Shown one piece after another: positions 27,610 to 36,911 of a stretch of 64,000 nucleotides of DNA. The stretch covers positions 178,760 through 242,759 of the forward strand of contig JACQIB010000004.1 in the NCBI GenBank assembly GCA_016198755.1. The letters are read 5' to 3'. Source of the stretch: Candidatus Aenigmatarchaeota archaeon. GTDB lineage: Archaea; Aenigmatarchaeota; Aenigmatarchaeia; Aenigmatarchaeales; JACQIB01. The notes under the pieces were generated by a model. That model was not told the origin of the DNA. It did not search any database and saw nothing but the letters and a program-made list of their open reading frames with translations. Numbering within the stretch: position 1 is the first letter of the stretch; every line of letters starts with the position of its first letter. The position numbers and the translations under genes are program-made.

Positions 27610-29430
27610 TTGATTGTGGCCAAGACACAGCTCTCGTTCTTTGAGATACTCTCGGTAACTATAGGCACTATACTTACAACAGCAGTGTTTTTGTTGCCAG
27701 GCCAGCTGGCTGCTGAGCATGGATTTTCCTCCCTATATATTTGGATTGCTATTGCTCTGTTAACAATACCAATAGGGCTTTCTTTTGCTGAATTGGCTGG
27801 TATGTTTTCACAGAGCGGAGGGCCTTTCATTTTTGTCAGGAAAGCTTTCGGAGACTTTGCAGGATTTGTTGCAGGCTGGAGCACATGGGTTTACTCTACA
27901 ATTGCTATTGCTGCACTTGCAAAAATCACTGGAAGTTATTTTTCCTTTCTTTTTCCACTTTCAGGATGGGGGATGGCTCTATTTTCTGTTGGGATTATAG
28001 GGATTTTTACCCTGATTAACCTGTTAGGGGCAAAACAGGGAGCTAAGGTAGATATGCTAATGATTTGGGTTTCAATTGGAATTGCGCTGCTTTTTGTTGT
28101 ACTTGGCTTTGGAACAGTGGATATAACTAGGTTTTCAACTCTTCCTTCTGCTTCTTTGCCAGCGCTTGCTTTAGCTGGTATACTGGCTATGGAGCTGTTT
28201 ATTGGCTGGGAATCTGCAACAATTATATCAGAAGAAGTTAAAAGTCCGAAAAGGCTCATACCTCGCGCTTTAGTATGGACAATTTTTATTGCAACAATAG
28301 TTTATCTTTCTGTTATTTTCGTTTTCCTTGGGAATGCTGATATTGGAAAAGTTTCTGAGAGCCTGAACCCGCTTGCTGAAACAGCAAAAAGCTTTGCTGG
28401 AGCTTTTGCGCCCGTGTTTTCAGTAGGAGCTGTAATAATAAGTCTTGCTGTTGTAAACAGCTGGATTCTGACTGTTGCCAGACTTCCATATGCAATGGCC
28501 AAAGGGAAGCTTTTCTTAAAATATTTTGAAAAAGAAAACAAGTACGGAGCTCCATCTCATGCTCTGCTTCTGCAGTTCCTTTTTGCTTCTGCAGCTGTAT
28601 TCTTCGATCTGGAGCATATTCTGCAGGTTTTGCTTTCAGTTGCCTTTATATTGTATATTGTAACCATGGCTGCCTTAATCAAATTGAGGAAAACAAATGA
28701 AAGCAGCTTTAAAGTCCCTAAAATACTTCCCTACATTGGAATTGCACTTCTGCTGGGAATGCTGATTTTTATTCCATGGGAAATACTTGCTGTGGGCTTG
28801 GTTTTGCTTTTTACTGGCCTTCCGGCTTTCTTTGTTGTCAAGCTTTTCACGGACAGGGCTTTTGTGGAAGCTTACTGGGACAGGCTTGGAGGATTAATGG
28901 ATGTCTATTTCCGCAGCCTGCTGGAAGGAGATATACTTGAAAAAGTTATATTAAATGCTGATATAAAGAAAAACCATACTGCACTGGATTATGGATGCGG
29001 TTCAGGGCATACAACAGATGATGTTGCAAAGCTGGCTGGGAAAGTTGTGGCCGCAGATCTATCTGTAAACCAGCTGCATAAAGCTGTTTCAAGCATACAT
29101 AAAAAGGGTAATCTTACAAACATAATTTTTGTAAAACTCTCAAAACCAGCTCCTTTTGAAAAAGAAACCTTTGATAGAATTGTCTGCACACTTGCAACAA
29201 ACTATTTTGTAAACCCTATAAAAGAATTTACAGCTCTTGCAAGGGTTTTGAAGCGGGGAGGAAAAGCCAGCTTTTTGTCTGTTCGCGCTGCAGGTATTCC
29301 GGAACATGATTTCCTGCACAAAGATGGCTCAATAAAATCTGTAATGATAAAAGCAGGATTTTCCAATATTGAAATAGAAAGGCTGAAAAAAGGACACAGG
29401 GAATATATGTTCATTGTTGCTGGCAAATAG
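27610..29430 (+). CDS. APC family amino acid permease fused to a class I SAM-dependent methyltransferase domain
   Basis: FAELAGMF..SGG, GWE..SEEVKSPKR..P; C-terminal LDYGCGSG, ADLS, FDRI, RVLKRGG. Confidence 0.85.
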   Translation: MIVAKTQLSFFEILSVTIGTILTTAVFLLPGQLAAEHGFSSLYIWIAIALLTIPIGLSFAELAGMFSQSGGPFIFVRKAFGDFAGFVAGWSTWVYSTIAIAALAKITGSYFSFLFPLSGWGMALFSVGIIGIFTLINLLGAKQGAKVDMLMIWVSIGIALLFVVLGFGTVDITRFSTLPSASLPALALAGILAMELFIGWESATIISEEVKSPKRLIPRALVWTIFIATIVYLSVIFVFLGNADIGKVSESLNPLAETAKSFAGAFAPVFSVGAVIISLAVVNSWILTVARLPYAMAKGKLFLKYFEKENKYGAPSHALLLQFLFASAAVFFDLEHILQVLLSVAFILYIVTMAALIKLRKTNESSFKVPKILPYIGIALLLGMLIFIPWEILAVGLVLLFTGLPAFFVVKLFTDRAFVEAYWDRLGGLMDVYFRSLLEGDILEKVILNADIKKNHTALDYGCGSGHTTDDVAKLAGKVVAADLSVNQLHKAVSSIHKKGNLTNIIFVKLSKPAPFEKETFDRIVCTLATNYFVNPIKEFTALARVLKRGGKASFLSVRAAGIPEHDFLHKDGSIKSVMIKAGFSNIEIERLKKGHREYMFIVAGK

Positions 29431-29460
29431 GCTTATATTCTGGGCAGGCAAAACATCTCT

Positions 29461-29934
29461 ATGCTTGTTAAAGACCATATGACTAAAAAGGTTATTACAG
29501 CAGAACCTGAGGAAAATCTGGGCTCTATTATAAGGAAGTTTGTAAAATATGATATTTCAGGGATTCCTGTTGTTGACGATAAAAAGAAGGTATTGGGAAT
29601 TGTAACTGAAACAGATGTTGTGAAAGCAATAGACGTTTTCACACCTAAAATACACTTTGATACTGAAACTAGCTTTGCCTTAGTTCTGGCTTTTTTGAAA
29701 AAGGGGAAGGGTATGAAACCGTTTAAGGAAGAAGTAAGGAGGGGAGAATCCGTGAAAGTTAGGGAATTTATGACATCTCCTGTGCGTACTATAGATTCCC
29801 ACAAAACAGTTCTGGAAGCTGCCCAAATGATGAACAACTATGGAATAAACAGGATACCTGTTGTGGAAAGGGAAAAATTGGTTGGTATAATTGCCCGCGC
29901 AGATGTTATCAGAGCTTTCGGCAGCGGACAGTAG
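29461..29934 (+). CDS. CBS domain pair protein
   Basis: ISGIPVVD..GIVTETD; INRIPVV..GIIARAD. Confidence 0.92.
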   Translation: MLVKDHMTKKVITAEPEENLGSIIRKFVKYDISGIPVVDDKKKVLGIVTETDVVKAIDVFTPKIHFDTETSFALVLAFLKKGKGMKPFKEEVRRGESVKVREFMTSPVRTIDSHKTVLEAAQMMNNYGINRIPVVEREKLVGIIARADVIRAFGSGQ

Positions 29935-29969
29935 ATGAGATTTTTATTCTGGTAATATAAGAATTTATA

Positions 29970-30533
29970 ATGGATATGAAAGGTTTCTGGAAACTTATTA
30001 AGAAAGAGGAAATGAAATATGGTAACCTGCTCCTGCTTTTAGTAAGCCTAATTGTTGCCTATATAATTCTAACCCCGTCACTTTTCGGCTCTCTGGTTGA
30101 AGGAATAAAAGAAACTAGGGAATATGGGCTGTTGGGAGTGTTTATAGCAGGATTGTTTTTCTCATATGGATTGACAACGCCTGTTTCTATTGTTGTTTTG
30201 TATGCTTTTGGCTCTGTTTTTAACCCGCTTTCCGTAGCAGCCATTGGAGCTGCAGGCGCTGCCATATCAGACTATATAATTTACTATTTTGTAAAGAGGA
30301 GTTTTTCAAAAGAATTTGATAAAGGCTTGAAAAAATTTGGAAAACTATCAAAATGGCTCCATTACTTTGCCCCTGTTATAGCAGGATTGATAATAGCCAG
30401 TCCCCTGCCGGACGAGCTTGGAGCAGCTTTTTTAGGGATTGTTAAGTTTGAGAAACGCAGGTTTTTTGTGTTCGCCTATTTTGCAAACTTCTTTGGAATA
30501 CTTTTGCTGGCTTGGCTGGGAAGTGCTATCTAG
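29970..30533 (+). CDS. DedA/VTT-like membrane protein
   Basis: GAAISDYIIY, ASPLPDELG, several TMs. Confidence 0.7.
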   Translation: MDMKGFWKLIKKEEMKYGNLLLLLVSLIVAYIILTPSLFGSLVEGIKETREYGLLGVFIAGLFFSYGLTTPVSIVVLYAFGSVFNPLSVAAIGAAGAAISDYIIYYFVKRSFSKEFDKGLKKFGKLSKWLHYFAPVIAGLIIASPLPDELGAAFLGIVKFEKRRFFVFAYFANFFGILLLAWLGSAI

Positions 30534-30541
30534 AATTAAAA

Positions 30542-30701
30542 TGGGGCCCGGACCGAGATTTTCCCGCCCCACCTGAGGGGGTAGGGCTGTAGGGGGAAAC
30601 TTCCCCCTGAGCTTTGAACTCGGGTCTAGGGCTGTCTGCTCCGCACGCCTTAAGCGCGCTGGGCCACAGGCCCACATGCTAACCACTACACCATCCGGGC
30701 C
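30542..30701 (-). tRNA. tRNA-His(GTG) with introns at 37/38 (30634-30663) and 59/60 (30559-30612); G-1 and CCA encoded
   Basis: G-GCCCGGA/TCCGGGC-C-CCA; BHB CTGT-GG|C...GCAG-AC|A. Confidence 0.92.
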
Positions 30702-30706
30702 ATGGT

Positions 30707-31314
30707 TCAGAAATATCTAAGCAGAGGAGATTTAAAAGGTTGCGCGGGATGGAAAAAGTGCTTGGAAACTTCGAAAATGTTGTCTGTTGGAAGAAGTATT
30801 TTTCCTATATTGACAGCTTCGACCATTGGAATATCATTTGCTCCATCTCCAAAAGCCATAGTAATTTTGGCTTCGCAAAAGTCTGAAAAGAAGTGAATCC
30901 AGCTGTCTTTTACAGAAACGTTTACCTGAACATCAAAGAGCTTCCCGCTCCTGAACAAAAGTTTATTGCATGCCAAATAGTCTATTCCTAGCTCTTTGCA
31001 AACCAGTTTGGCCTGCAAATCAAATCCTCCTGTTATAACAGCTGTTGCAAAATTATTTTTCTTAAACATCTTAACAGCTTCTTTTACTCCTTTTTTCAGT
31101 GTATACTTTTCTGATACTCTTAAAATATCCTTATACTCGATTCCCTCAAGGATTTCAATTCTCCTTCTTAACCCATCTTCCCAGTTTATAACTCCGCACA
31201 GACCAAATTCTGTTATTTTCTTTATTTCCTTTTCTTTTCCTGTAAGTTTAGCAATTTCAATTAACATTTCTTCCTCTATCAAAGTCCCTTCTAAATCAAA
31301 AACAACGAGTCCAT
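30707..31314 (-). CDS. HAD phosphoserine phosphatase (SerB-like); start problematic, possibly frameshifted
   Basis: LVVFDLEGTL, ITGGF, AFGDGAND; no in-frame canonical start upstream of motif I. Confidence 0.7.
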
Positions 31315-31501
31315 TGATTGGCTGTACATCGCACTCAGAAAACTATATTGTAACAAGTGCTTTTAAGCCTGTTAGGCAGAACCATTGACCAGTAGAATCA
31401 AACTGGCTTTGCAGGGTATATTGCCACGTAAATCGCGCCAATAATTATAAGCGCAGCTAAAATAAACTGAACAATTCTTTTCAGGTTAATTACCATTCAA
31501 A

Positions 31502-31582
31502 TCAACAGCAGCCACAGCCGCCCTTGCCTGAACAGTCCCCGCAACCGCAGGAACTACCATGCTTTTTCTTTTCTTTTGCCAT
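31502..31582 (-). CDS. 26-aa Cys-rich metallothionein-like micro-protein
   Basis: MAKEKKKHGSSCGCGDCSGKGGCGCC; TTTTTATA box about 22-30 nt upstream; below ORF-track cutoff. Confidence 0.65.
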   Translation of the reverse strand: MAKEKKKHGSSCGCGDCSGKGGCGCC

Positions 31583-31654
31583 TATAAAAATTAGATAATT
31601 AGCTATAAAAAGCTATATCAAAAACCTCTTATTTGTGTAAATACAATAATTTGT

Positions 31655-32110
31655 ATGGCTCTTTCAGCACAAAGGTTGATGCCACCAGAGCCCAGAAGGG
31701 TGGCACCTATCACACCTGCAGAGCTGACAGATAGAGAAAGATTTGGCTGGCTTTACTCACCTCCGCGTGGAAAAACAGTTGGATTTGAGTATATAGAAGG
31801 GGATAAGTTTTGTCTTGTAGTTGGTGAATTAAGTTACAGAAAACCGCCAAAATATTCTACAAGAAAACCATATTCTATAGATGTTACATTTGCAAAATAC
31901 GAAGGTAGGGTACTTGGAGATGTGCTGGACAATACTTCTGCACGCATAGCTCCGGAAGGGCTTTTGTTCCGTTCGCATACCCCTGTTCATCTGTCCAGAG
32001 ATACATTTTTGGAAAAGGTGCAGACTGTGAAGGGAATTATCAAAGGGACTAATGAACAGATAGATTATTTTGAAGGTATAGTTGAGGGAGAAAGATTTGC
32101 AGCAGACTAA
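31655..32110 (+). CDS. orphan-domain protein, copy 1
   Basis: RGKTVGFEY..LVVGEL..TPVHLSRDTF. Confidence 0.7.
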   Translation: MALSAQRLMPPEPRRVAPITPAELTDRERFGWLYSPPRGKTVGFEYIEGDKFCLVVGELSYRKPPKYSTRKPYSIDVTFAKYEGRVLGDVLDNTSARIAPEGLLFRSHTPVHLSRDTFLEKVQTVKGIIKGTNEQIDYFEGIVEGERFAAD

Positions 32111-32144
32111 TGGTTTATTAACCTTTTCTATTGAATAGGATTCT

Positions 32145-32624
32145 ATGGGTATGGGAGGTTGGGGCATTTGGTTTGCCTTAAAAACTGCTGCAGAACAGGA
32201 AACAGCTACTAAGGCAAAATATGAAGTGGTGTTCCCTATAGCTGACATTTTAAGGCCAGCAGAATATGAGAGGTTCATAAATTGGGTAGGTCATAGGGCA
32301 GTTGGAGTTGGTTATGTTAATCCAGACCCTACTATGCCGCAGATGCAACTTGCAGTTGGTAAACTATCTACTATAGCTCCAACGGGAGGAAAACAGGACA
32401 TTTCACTTAATTTTGATGGGGAAGGAACAGTGCTTTCAGCAGGTAGTATTTTTCACTCCGGAACAATGGAACTCCCTAAAAACACTCCTGTATATACGGG
32501 AAAGGCAGATTTTCTGCGAGAGGTAAGGAAACTGGACCCGCTTGTAAATTCTAGAAGGGTTGTGAGAGAACCTTATGAAGCGTTTATGAAAAAAGTGGAA
32601 GAGAGCAGGTTCCCGTTCCAGTAG
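32145..32624 (+). CDS. orphan-domain protein, copy 2
   Basis: GHRAVGVGY..LAVGKL..TPVYTGKADF. Confidence 0.7.
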   Translation: MGMGGWGIWFALKTAAEQETATKAKYEVVFPIADILRPAEYERFINWVGHRAVGVGYVNPDPTMPQMQLAVGKLSTIAPTGGKQDISLNFDGEGTVLSAGSIFHSGTMELPKNTPVYTGKADFLREVRKLDPLVNSRRVVREPYEAFMKKVEESRFPFQ

Positions 32625-32673
32625 TTTCTGGAAAGTAATGGGTTTTTATCCTTTCTTATATAATAACTTTCTT

Positions 32674-33225
32674 ATGGGAATTCTTGGTTGGAGGAATGGA
32701 ACGCGACACGAGCCTAGGACAAAGCCAACCAATGGACAGACAGCAGTCAATTATCAGCAAAAACTTTATGTTAGCTCTCTGCTGGATCAAGCAAACCAAC
32801 CAGCCTATAGGCAGCGGCTTGTTGGGAAAAATGTTGGAATTGCATACGAACAACCTTCTGGAACAGAACCCTGTTTACTTTCTGTTGGAACAGTTATGAC
32901 ACCGCCAGAAGGTGTTATGCCTTGGAGACATATAAATAAAGATGGGATAGATTATGTTGAACTAAAGTTTGCAAATGGTATTTCTGTAGATAGGAATAGA
33001 CTGAAAGTTAATGTTACTGCAGTAAAGGCCGATACTGTTGGGGTAAATGCTGATACTAGTGCAGAACCGTTCCTGCCAAGTGCTGTTATTTGTACTAGGA
33101 GAAAGGAATTCGCAGATTTAGCTGACAGAGTTGCTGGACTTATAATGCGAGATATGACTATGCAAGTTAGAATGGAGGATTATTATACTATACTGAATAA
33201 AGCCAATAAAGATCTGGAAATATAA
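32674..33225 (+). CDS. orphan-domain protein, copy 3
   Basis: VGKNVGIAY..LSVGTV..AVICTRRKEF. Confidence 0.7.
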   Translation: MGILGWRNGTRHEPRTKPTNGQTAVNYQQKLYVSSLLDQANQPAYRQRLVGKNVGIAYEQPSGTEPCLLSVGTVMTPPEGVMPWRHINKDGIDYVELKFANGISVDRNRLKVNVTAVKADTVGVNADTSAEPFLPSAVICTRRKEFADLADRVAGLIMRDMTMQVRMEDYYTILNKANKDLEI

Positions 33226-33268
33226 CAATAGAATAGAGTTTAAAAGCAGGCTTTTAGAATTAGTTTAT

Positions 33269-35863
33269 ATGCCTGAGGTCTGGGAAATAACTGCTGGTGA
33301 GGTTTTAAAAGAGTTAAATGGTTCTGAAGCTGGGTTAAGAACAGAAGAGGCGCAGCGCAGGCTGAAAAAATTTGGGCCAAACACAATAGAAAGAAAGCAT
33401 GGACATGGCCCGTTAACAATTTTTGCAGAGCAGTTCAAGAGCTTTTTGGTTTTGCTTTTGGTTTTTGCAGCTGTAATTTCAGTTTTTTTCGGGGAGTTTA
33501 TTGACTCTGCTGCTATAGCTATAATATTAGTTATAAATGCATTGTTAGGATTCTGGCAGGAATATAAGTCTGAAAAAGCCATAGAAGCCATTAAGAAAAT
33601 GGTTGTTGAAAGAGCTATTGTTCTGAGGGATGGGACTAAATTGGAAATTCCAGCTGAAGAGCTTGTGCTGGGAGATATTGTTTTTATAGAAGCTGGTGAA
33701 AGAATACCAGCAGATATAAGGATTTTGCAGAGTTTTGGATTAAGGCTGGATGAATCTATACTTACAGGAGAGTCTGTTTCTGTTGGAAAAATTACAGAAA
33801 AAGTACAGGGAAAACAACTGGGAGACAGAAAAAATATGCTTTACATGGGAACTTTGGCTGTTGAAGGTACAGGAAAAGGTGTTGTTGTAAGCACAGGTTC
33901 AGGAACAGAAATGGGAAAAATAGCAAAACTTATAGAAGAACCTGAGGAACCTACAAAATTCCAGAAAGATATGGATAAGTTCGGGAAGAGAGTAGGCTAT
34001 ATAATAGTGGTTATTGCACTGGCTGTTTTCCTTTTGGATATGCTGCGCGGTGCTGGTCCAGTTAACTCTGCACTCATTGCAATAACTTTGGCTGTGGCAG
34101 CTGTGCCCGAAGGTTTGCCTGCTGTTGTAACAATAACCCTTGCAATAGGAATCCAAAAAATGGCAAAAAGAAACGCTTTCGTGCGCAGATTATCCTCAGT
34201 GGAAAGTTTGGGTATGATAACTGTTATTTGCGCTGACAAGACAGGCACAATGACTTCTAACCAAATGACAGTCAGGAAAATATGGGCTAAAGGAAAGGAA
34301 ATTGATATTACTGGTCTGGGCTATACTCCTGAAGGGAAATTTTTAGACGGGAAGAAAGAAACAACACTTGGAAAGGAAGAACTTTTGCTTTTGCGCACTG
34401 GTATGCTCTGTAATAATGCTGCACTCAGGCAAAATAAAGGCTGGGAAATTATTGGTGACCCGACTGAAGGGGCATTAATTGTAGCTGCTGAAAAAGCAGG
34501 TGTTAATGTGAAAGTGGAGAGAATATATGAAATACCCTTTAGCTCTGAAAGGAAGATGATGAGTGTTGTTTCTAAAGAAAAAGACGGTTTGTATGTGTAT
34601 ACAAAGGGAGCGCCGGAAATTATTCTTAATCATTGTATAAGAGAAATCGGAGGGCAGATGACATCAAGTAAAAAATACAATATACAGGAAGAGTTCAGGA
34701 AAATGGCTGAATCCGGTTTAAGGGTGCTTGCTCTGGCTTACAAACCTTTTGATGGGAATCTGAAACGAGCAGAAGAAGGCTTGGTTTTCATTGGATTAGT
34801 AGGTATGATTGATCCTCCAACAGAAGAAACAAAACATTCTGTAGCTGTCTGTAAGGAAGCTGGTATAAGGCCAATAATGATAACAGGAGATCATTTGCTT
34901 ACAGCAAAAGCAATATCAAAAGAAGTTGGTATAGAAGGAGAAGCTGTTACAGGGGAGGATTTGGAAAAGACAGATGAGGAATTGACAAAAACTCTGGATA
35001 ATATTTCTATATTCGCAAGGGTTTCCCCGCTACAGAAGCTAAAAATTATAGAAGCTCTGCATAAGCGCGGAGAACTGGTTTCAATGACAGGAGATGGTGT
35101 GAATGATGCACCGGCTCTGAAAAAGGCTGATGTTGGAGTTGCTATGGGCAGGAGAGGAAGCGATGCAGCCAGAGAAGCTTCAGATATAGTGCTTGCTGAT
35201 GATAATTTTTCAACTATTGTTTATGCTGTGGAAGAGGGGAGGGGAATTTTTGACAATATAAAGAAATTTGTACATTATCTTATAGGAGCGAATATTGCAG
35301 AAGTTCTGGCTGTCCTTGGTTCCTTAGTATTTTTCCTTCCACTGCCCTTTACTCCATTGCAGCTTTTATGGATAAATCTTACAACAGATGGTTTGCCTGC
35401 ATTGGCGCTGGGCTTTGAGAAAAAACAGAAAGAAATAATGAAAGAAAAGCCAAAAGGAACTGAATCTGGTATATTGAAAGGGAGCTGGAGTTTCCTGTTT
35501 GCTGTAGCTGTTGTAGGTGCTGCAGCAGTTCTTTTTAGCCTGTTCCTCACACTTCCTCAGGGAATTGAAAAAGCCCGCACCGTGGCGTTCACAACAATGA
35601 CGTTTTTTGAGTTGTTCCTCGTTTTCAGCATACACGCTGGAAAAGATGGGCTGTTAAAAGCAAACCCATTCTCAAACACTAAGCTTGTGCTGGCTGTATT
35701 AACTTCAGTTTTGCTTCAACTCTTAGTTATTTATTTTGTTCCTCTACAGACACTTTTCGATACAGTTCCACTCGCTTTAGGCGATTGGCTAACTATTTTG
35801 CTCTTGTCTGCGACAGGTCTATTTGTTTCTCCAAAGCTTTTCCTCGAGAAAAATCAGGTTTAA
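33269..35863 (+). CDS. cation-transporting P-type ATPase (type IIA, Ca2+-like)
   Basis: LTGES, VPEGLP, DKTGT, KGAPE, TGDGVNDAPALK. Confidence 0.95.
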   Translation: MPEVWEITAGEVLKELNGSEAGLRTEEAQRRLKKFGPNTIERKHGHGPLTIFAEQFKSFLVLLLVFAAVISVFFGEFIDSAAIAIILVINALLGFWQEYKSEKAIEAIKKMVVERAIVLRDGTKLEIPAEELVLGDIVFIEAGERIPADIRILQSFGLRLDESILTGESVSVGKITEKVQGKQLGDRKNMLYMGTLAVEGTGKGVVVSTGSGTEMGKIAKLIEEPEEPTKFQKDMDKFGKRVGYIIVVIALAVFLLDMLRGAGPVNSALIAITLAVAAVPEGLPAVVTITLAIGIQKMAKRNAFVRRLSSVESLGMITVICADKTGTMTSNQMTVRKIWAKGKEIDITGLGYTPEGKFLDGKKETTLGKEELLLLRTGMLCNNAALRQNKGWEIIGDPTEGALIVAAEKAGVNVKVERIYEIPFSSERKMMSVVSKEKDGLYVYTKGAPEIILNHCIREIGGQMTSSKKYNIQEEFRKMAESGLRVLALAYKPFDGNLKRAEEGLVFIGLVGMIDPPTEETKHSVAVCKEAGIRPIMITGDHLLTAKAISKEVGIEGEAVTGEDLEKTDEELTKTLDNISIFARVSPLQKLKIIEALHKRGELVSMTGDGVNDAPALKKADVGVAMGRRGSDAAREASDIVLADDNFSTIVYAVEEGRGIFDNIKKFVHYLIGANIAEVLAVLGSLVFFLPLPFTPLQLLWINLTTDGLPALALGFEKKQKEIMKEKPKGTESGILKGSWSFLFAVAVVGAAAVLFSLFLTLPQGIEKARTVAFTTMTFFELFLVFSIHAGKDGLLKANPFSNTKLVLAVLTSVLLQLLVIYFVPLQTLFDTVPLALGDWLTILLLSATGLFVSPKLFLEKNQV

Positions 35864-35888
35864 ATAGATTTCTTTTTACAACCTAATT

Positions 35889-36911
35889 ATGACTTCGATA
35901 TCAGCTCTGGCTGGCAGTAGGCAAGTAGGTGGGATGCTCGGCAACACTGAAAGGTTTGTAGTCACGCAAACAGACAGCCAGGAAACCTTTGTAGATAACC
36001 ATGGTCCATACCAGAAGGATGGGAACGCACTTAAAACAAGGTATTTGGGCAGATGCCTTGTAATGGGCACTGGCCAGGGATATCTTATTGAACATGCTAC
36101 AGATAATTCACACATATTAGAACAGGATACACCAAAAGAGGTTGCAGAAAAACTTTTTGAAACGACAAACGGGAGAGAATATGGAACAAAGGGTCTGTCT
36201 TTTATAGTTGCCGGGAATGATGGGAAAACCTCAGAAATCTACCATGTACACGCTTCCCCAAAGAAAAGCAGGAGGGTATCAGGACCAGTTGGTTGGATAT
36301 TTGACGGGTCTGGGGCAAGGTTAATGAGGCCTGCATTTGAGAGAGATATAAAAAATGGAGCGCTTAATCTAAATATGGGCACCCTTCAGATGAGCATGGC
36401 AGATCTTATCTCATATCAGTGGAATCTTGGGGACAATGCAGCAAATGATATAGGTGTGAACGATAGGTGGGAAGTTGGATTGGTTACTCCTGATAAAATA
36501 CGGACTCTTATAAGCCCAACAGTTCCTTTATGGAGCACAGCTCTTGAGGAGTATATACAGCTTAATTTAGGTGTGAACGTAACAGATTCGGAAAAGATGG
36601 GTCCTTTCTGGGGGGTAATGAACGACCTGCACCATGCGATAGAAATAGGATGCAGGAGACTGGGTCAGGCAGATTATAGGCTAAATCAAACCTTCGGTAA
36701 TCAAAAATACAGACCCGCTGGTAATAGGGTAGACGAACTGATTAAAAGCAAGCTCTCTGAGAGGGATGAAGAACGCAGAAAACTGGGTGTTCTGGTTGAT
36801 GCATGGTATTCTGGAGAGTTGGAAACTGTTGTAACTGCTCTTGATATGTTTAGCGATGAAAGGAAAACTATGAGAACGAAGGCAGTGGAAATTGCAAGAC
36901 AAGCTGCTTAA
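35889..36911 (+). CDS. proteasome-beta-like Ntn hydrolase with C-terminal extension (paralog 2)
   Basis: M-T start, VVTQTDSQ, LKTR, MGTG, FIVAG..SEIYHV, DGSG, ND..NDRWEVGLVT. Confidence 0.7.
   Translation: MTSISALAGSRQVGGMLGNTERFVVTQTDSQETFVDNHGPYQKDGNALKTRYLGRCLVMGTGQGYLIEHATDNSHILEQDTPKEVAEKLFETTNGREYGTKGLSFIVAGNDGKTSEIYHVHASPKKSRRVSGPVGWIFDGSGARLMRPAFERDIKNGALNLNMGTLQMSMADLISYQWNLGDNAANDIGVNDRWEVGLVTPDKIRTLISPTVPLWSTALEEYIQLNLGVNVTDSEKMGPFWGVMNDLHHAIEIGCRRLGQADYRLNQTFGNQKYRPAGNRVDELIKSKLSERDEERRKLGVLVDAWYSGELETVVTALDMFSDERKTMRTKAVEIARQAA

Noticed and set aside
30432-30686. ORFs overlapping tRNA genes (also 60367-60651, 63618-63839)
   Set aside because: Explained by intron-containing tRNAs
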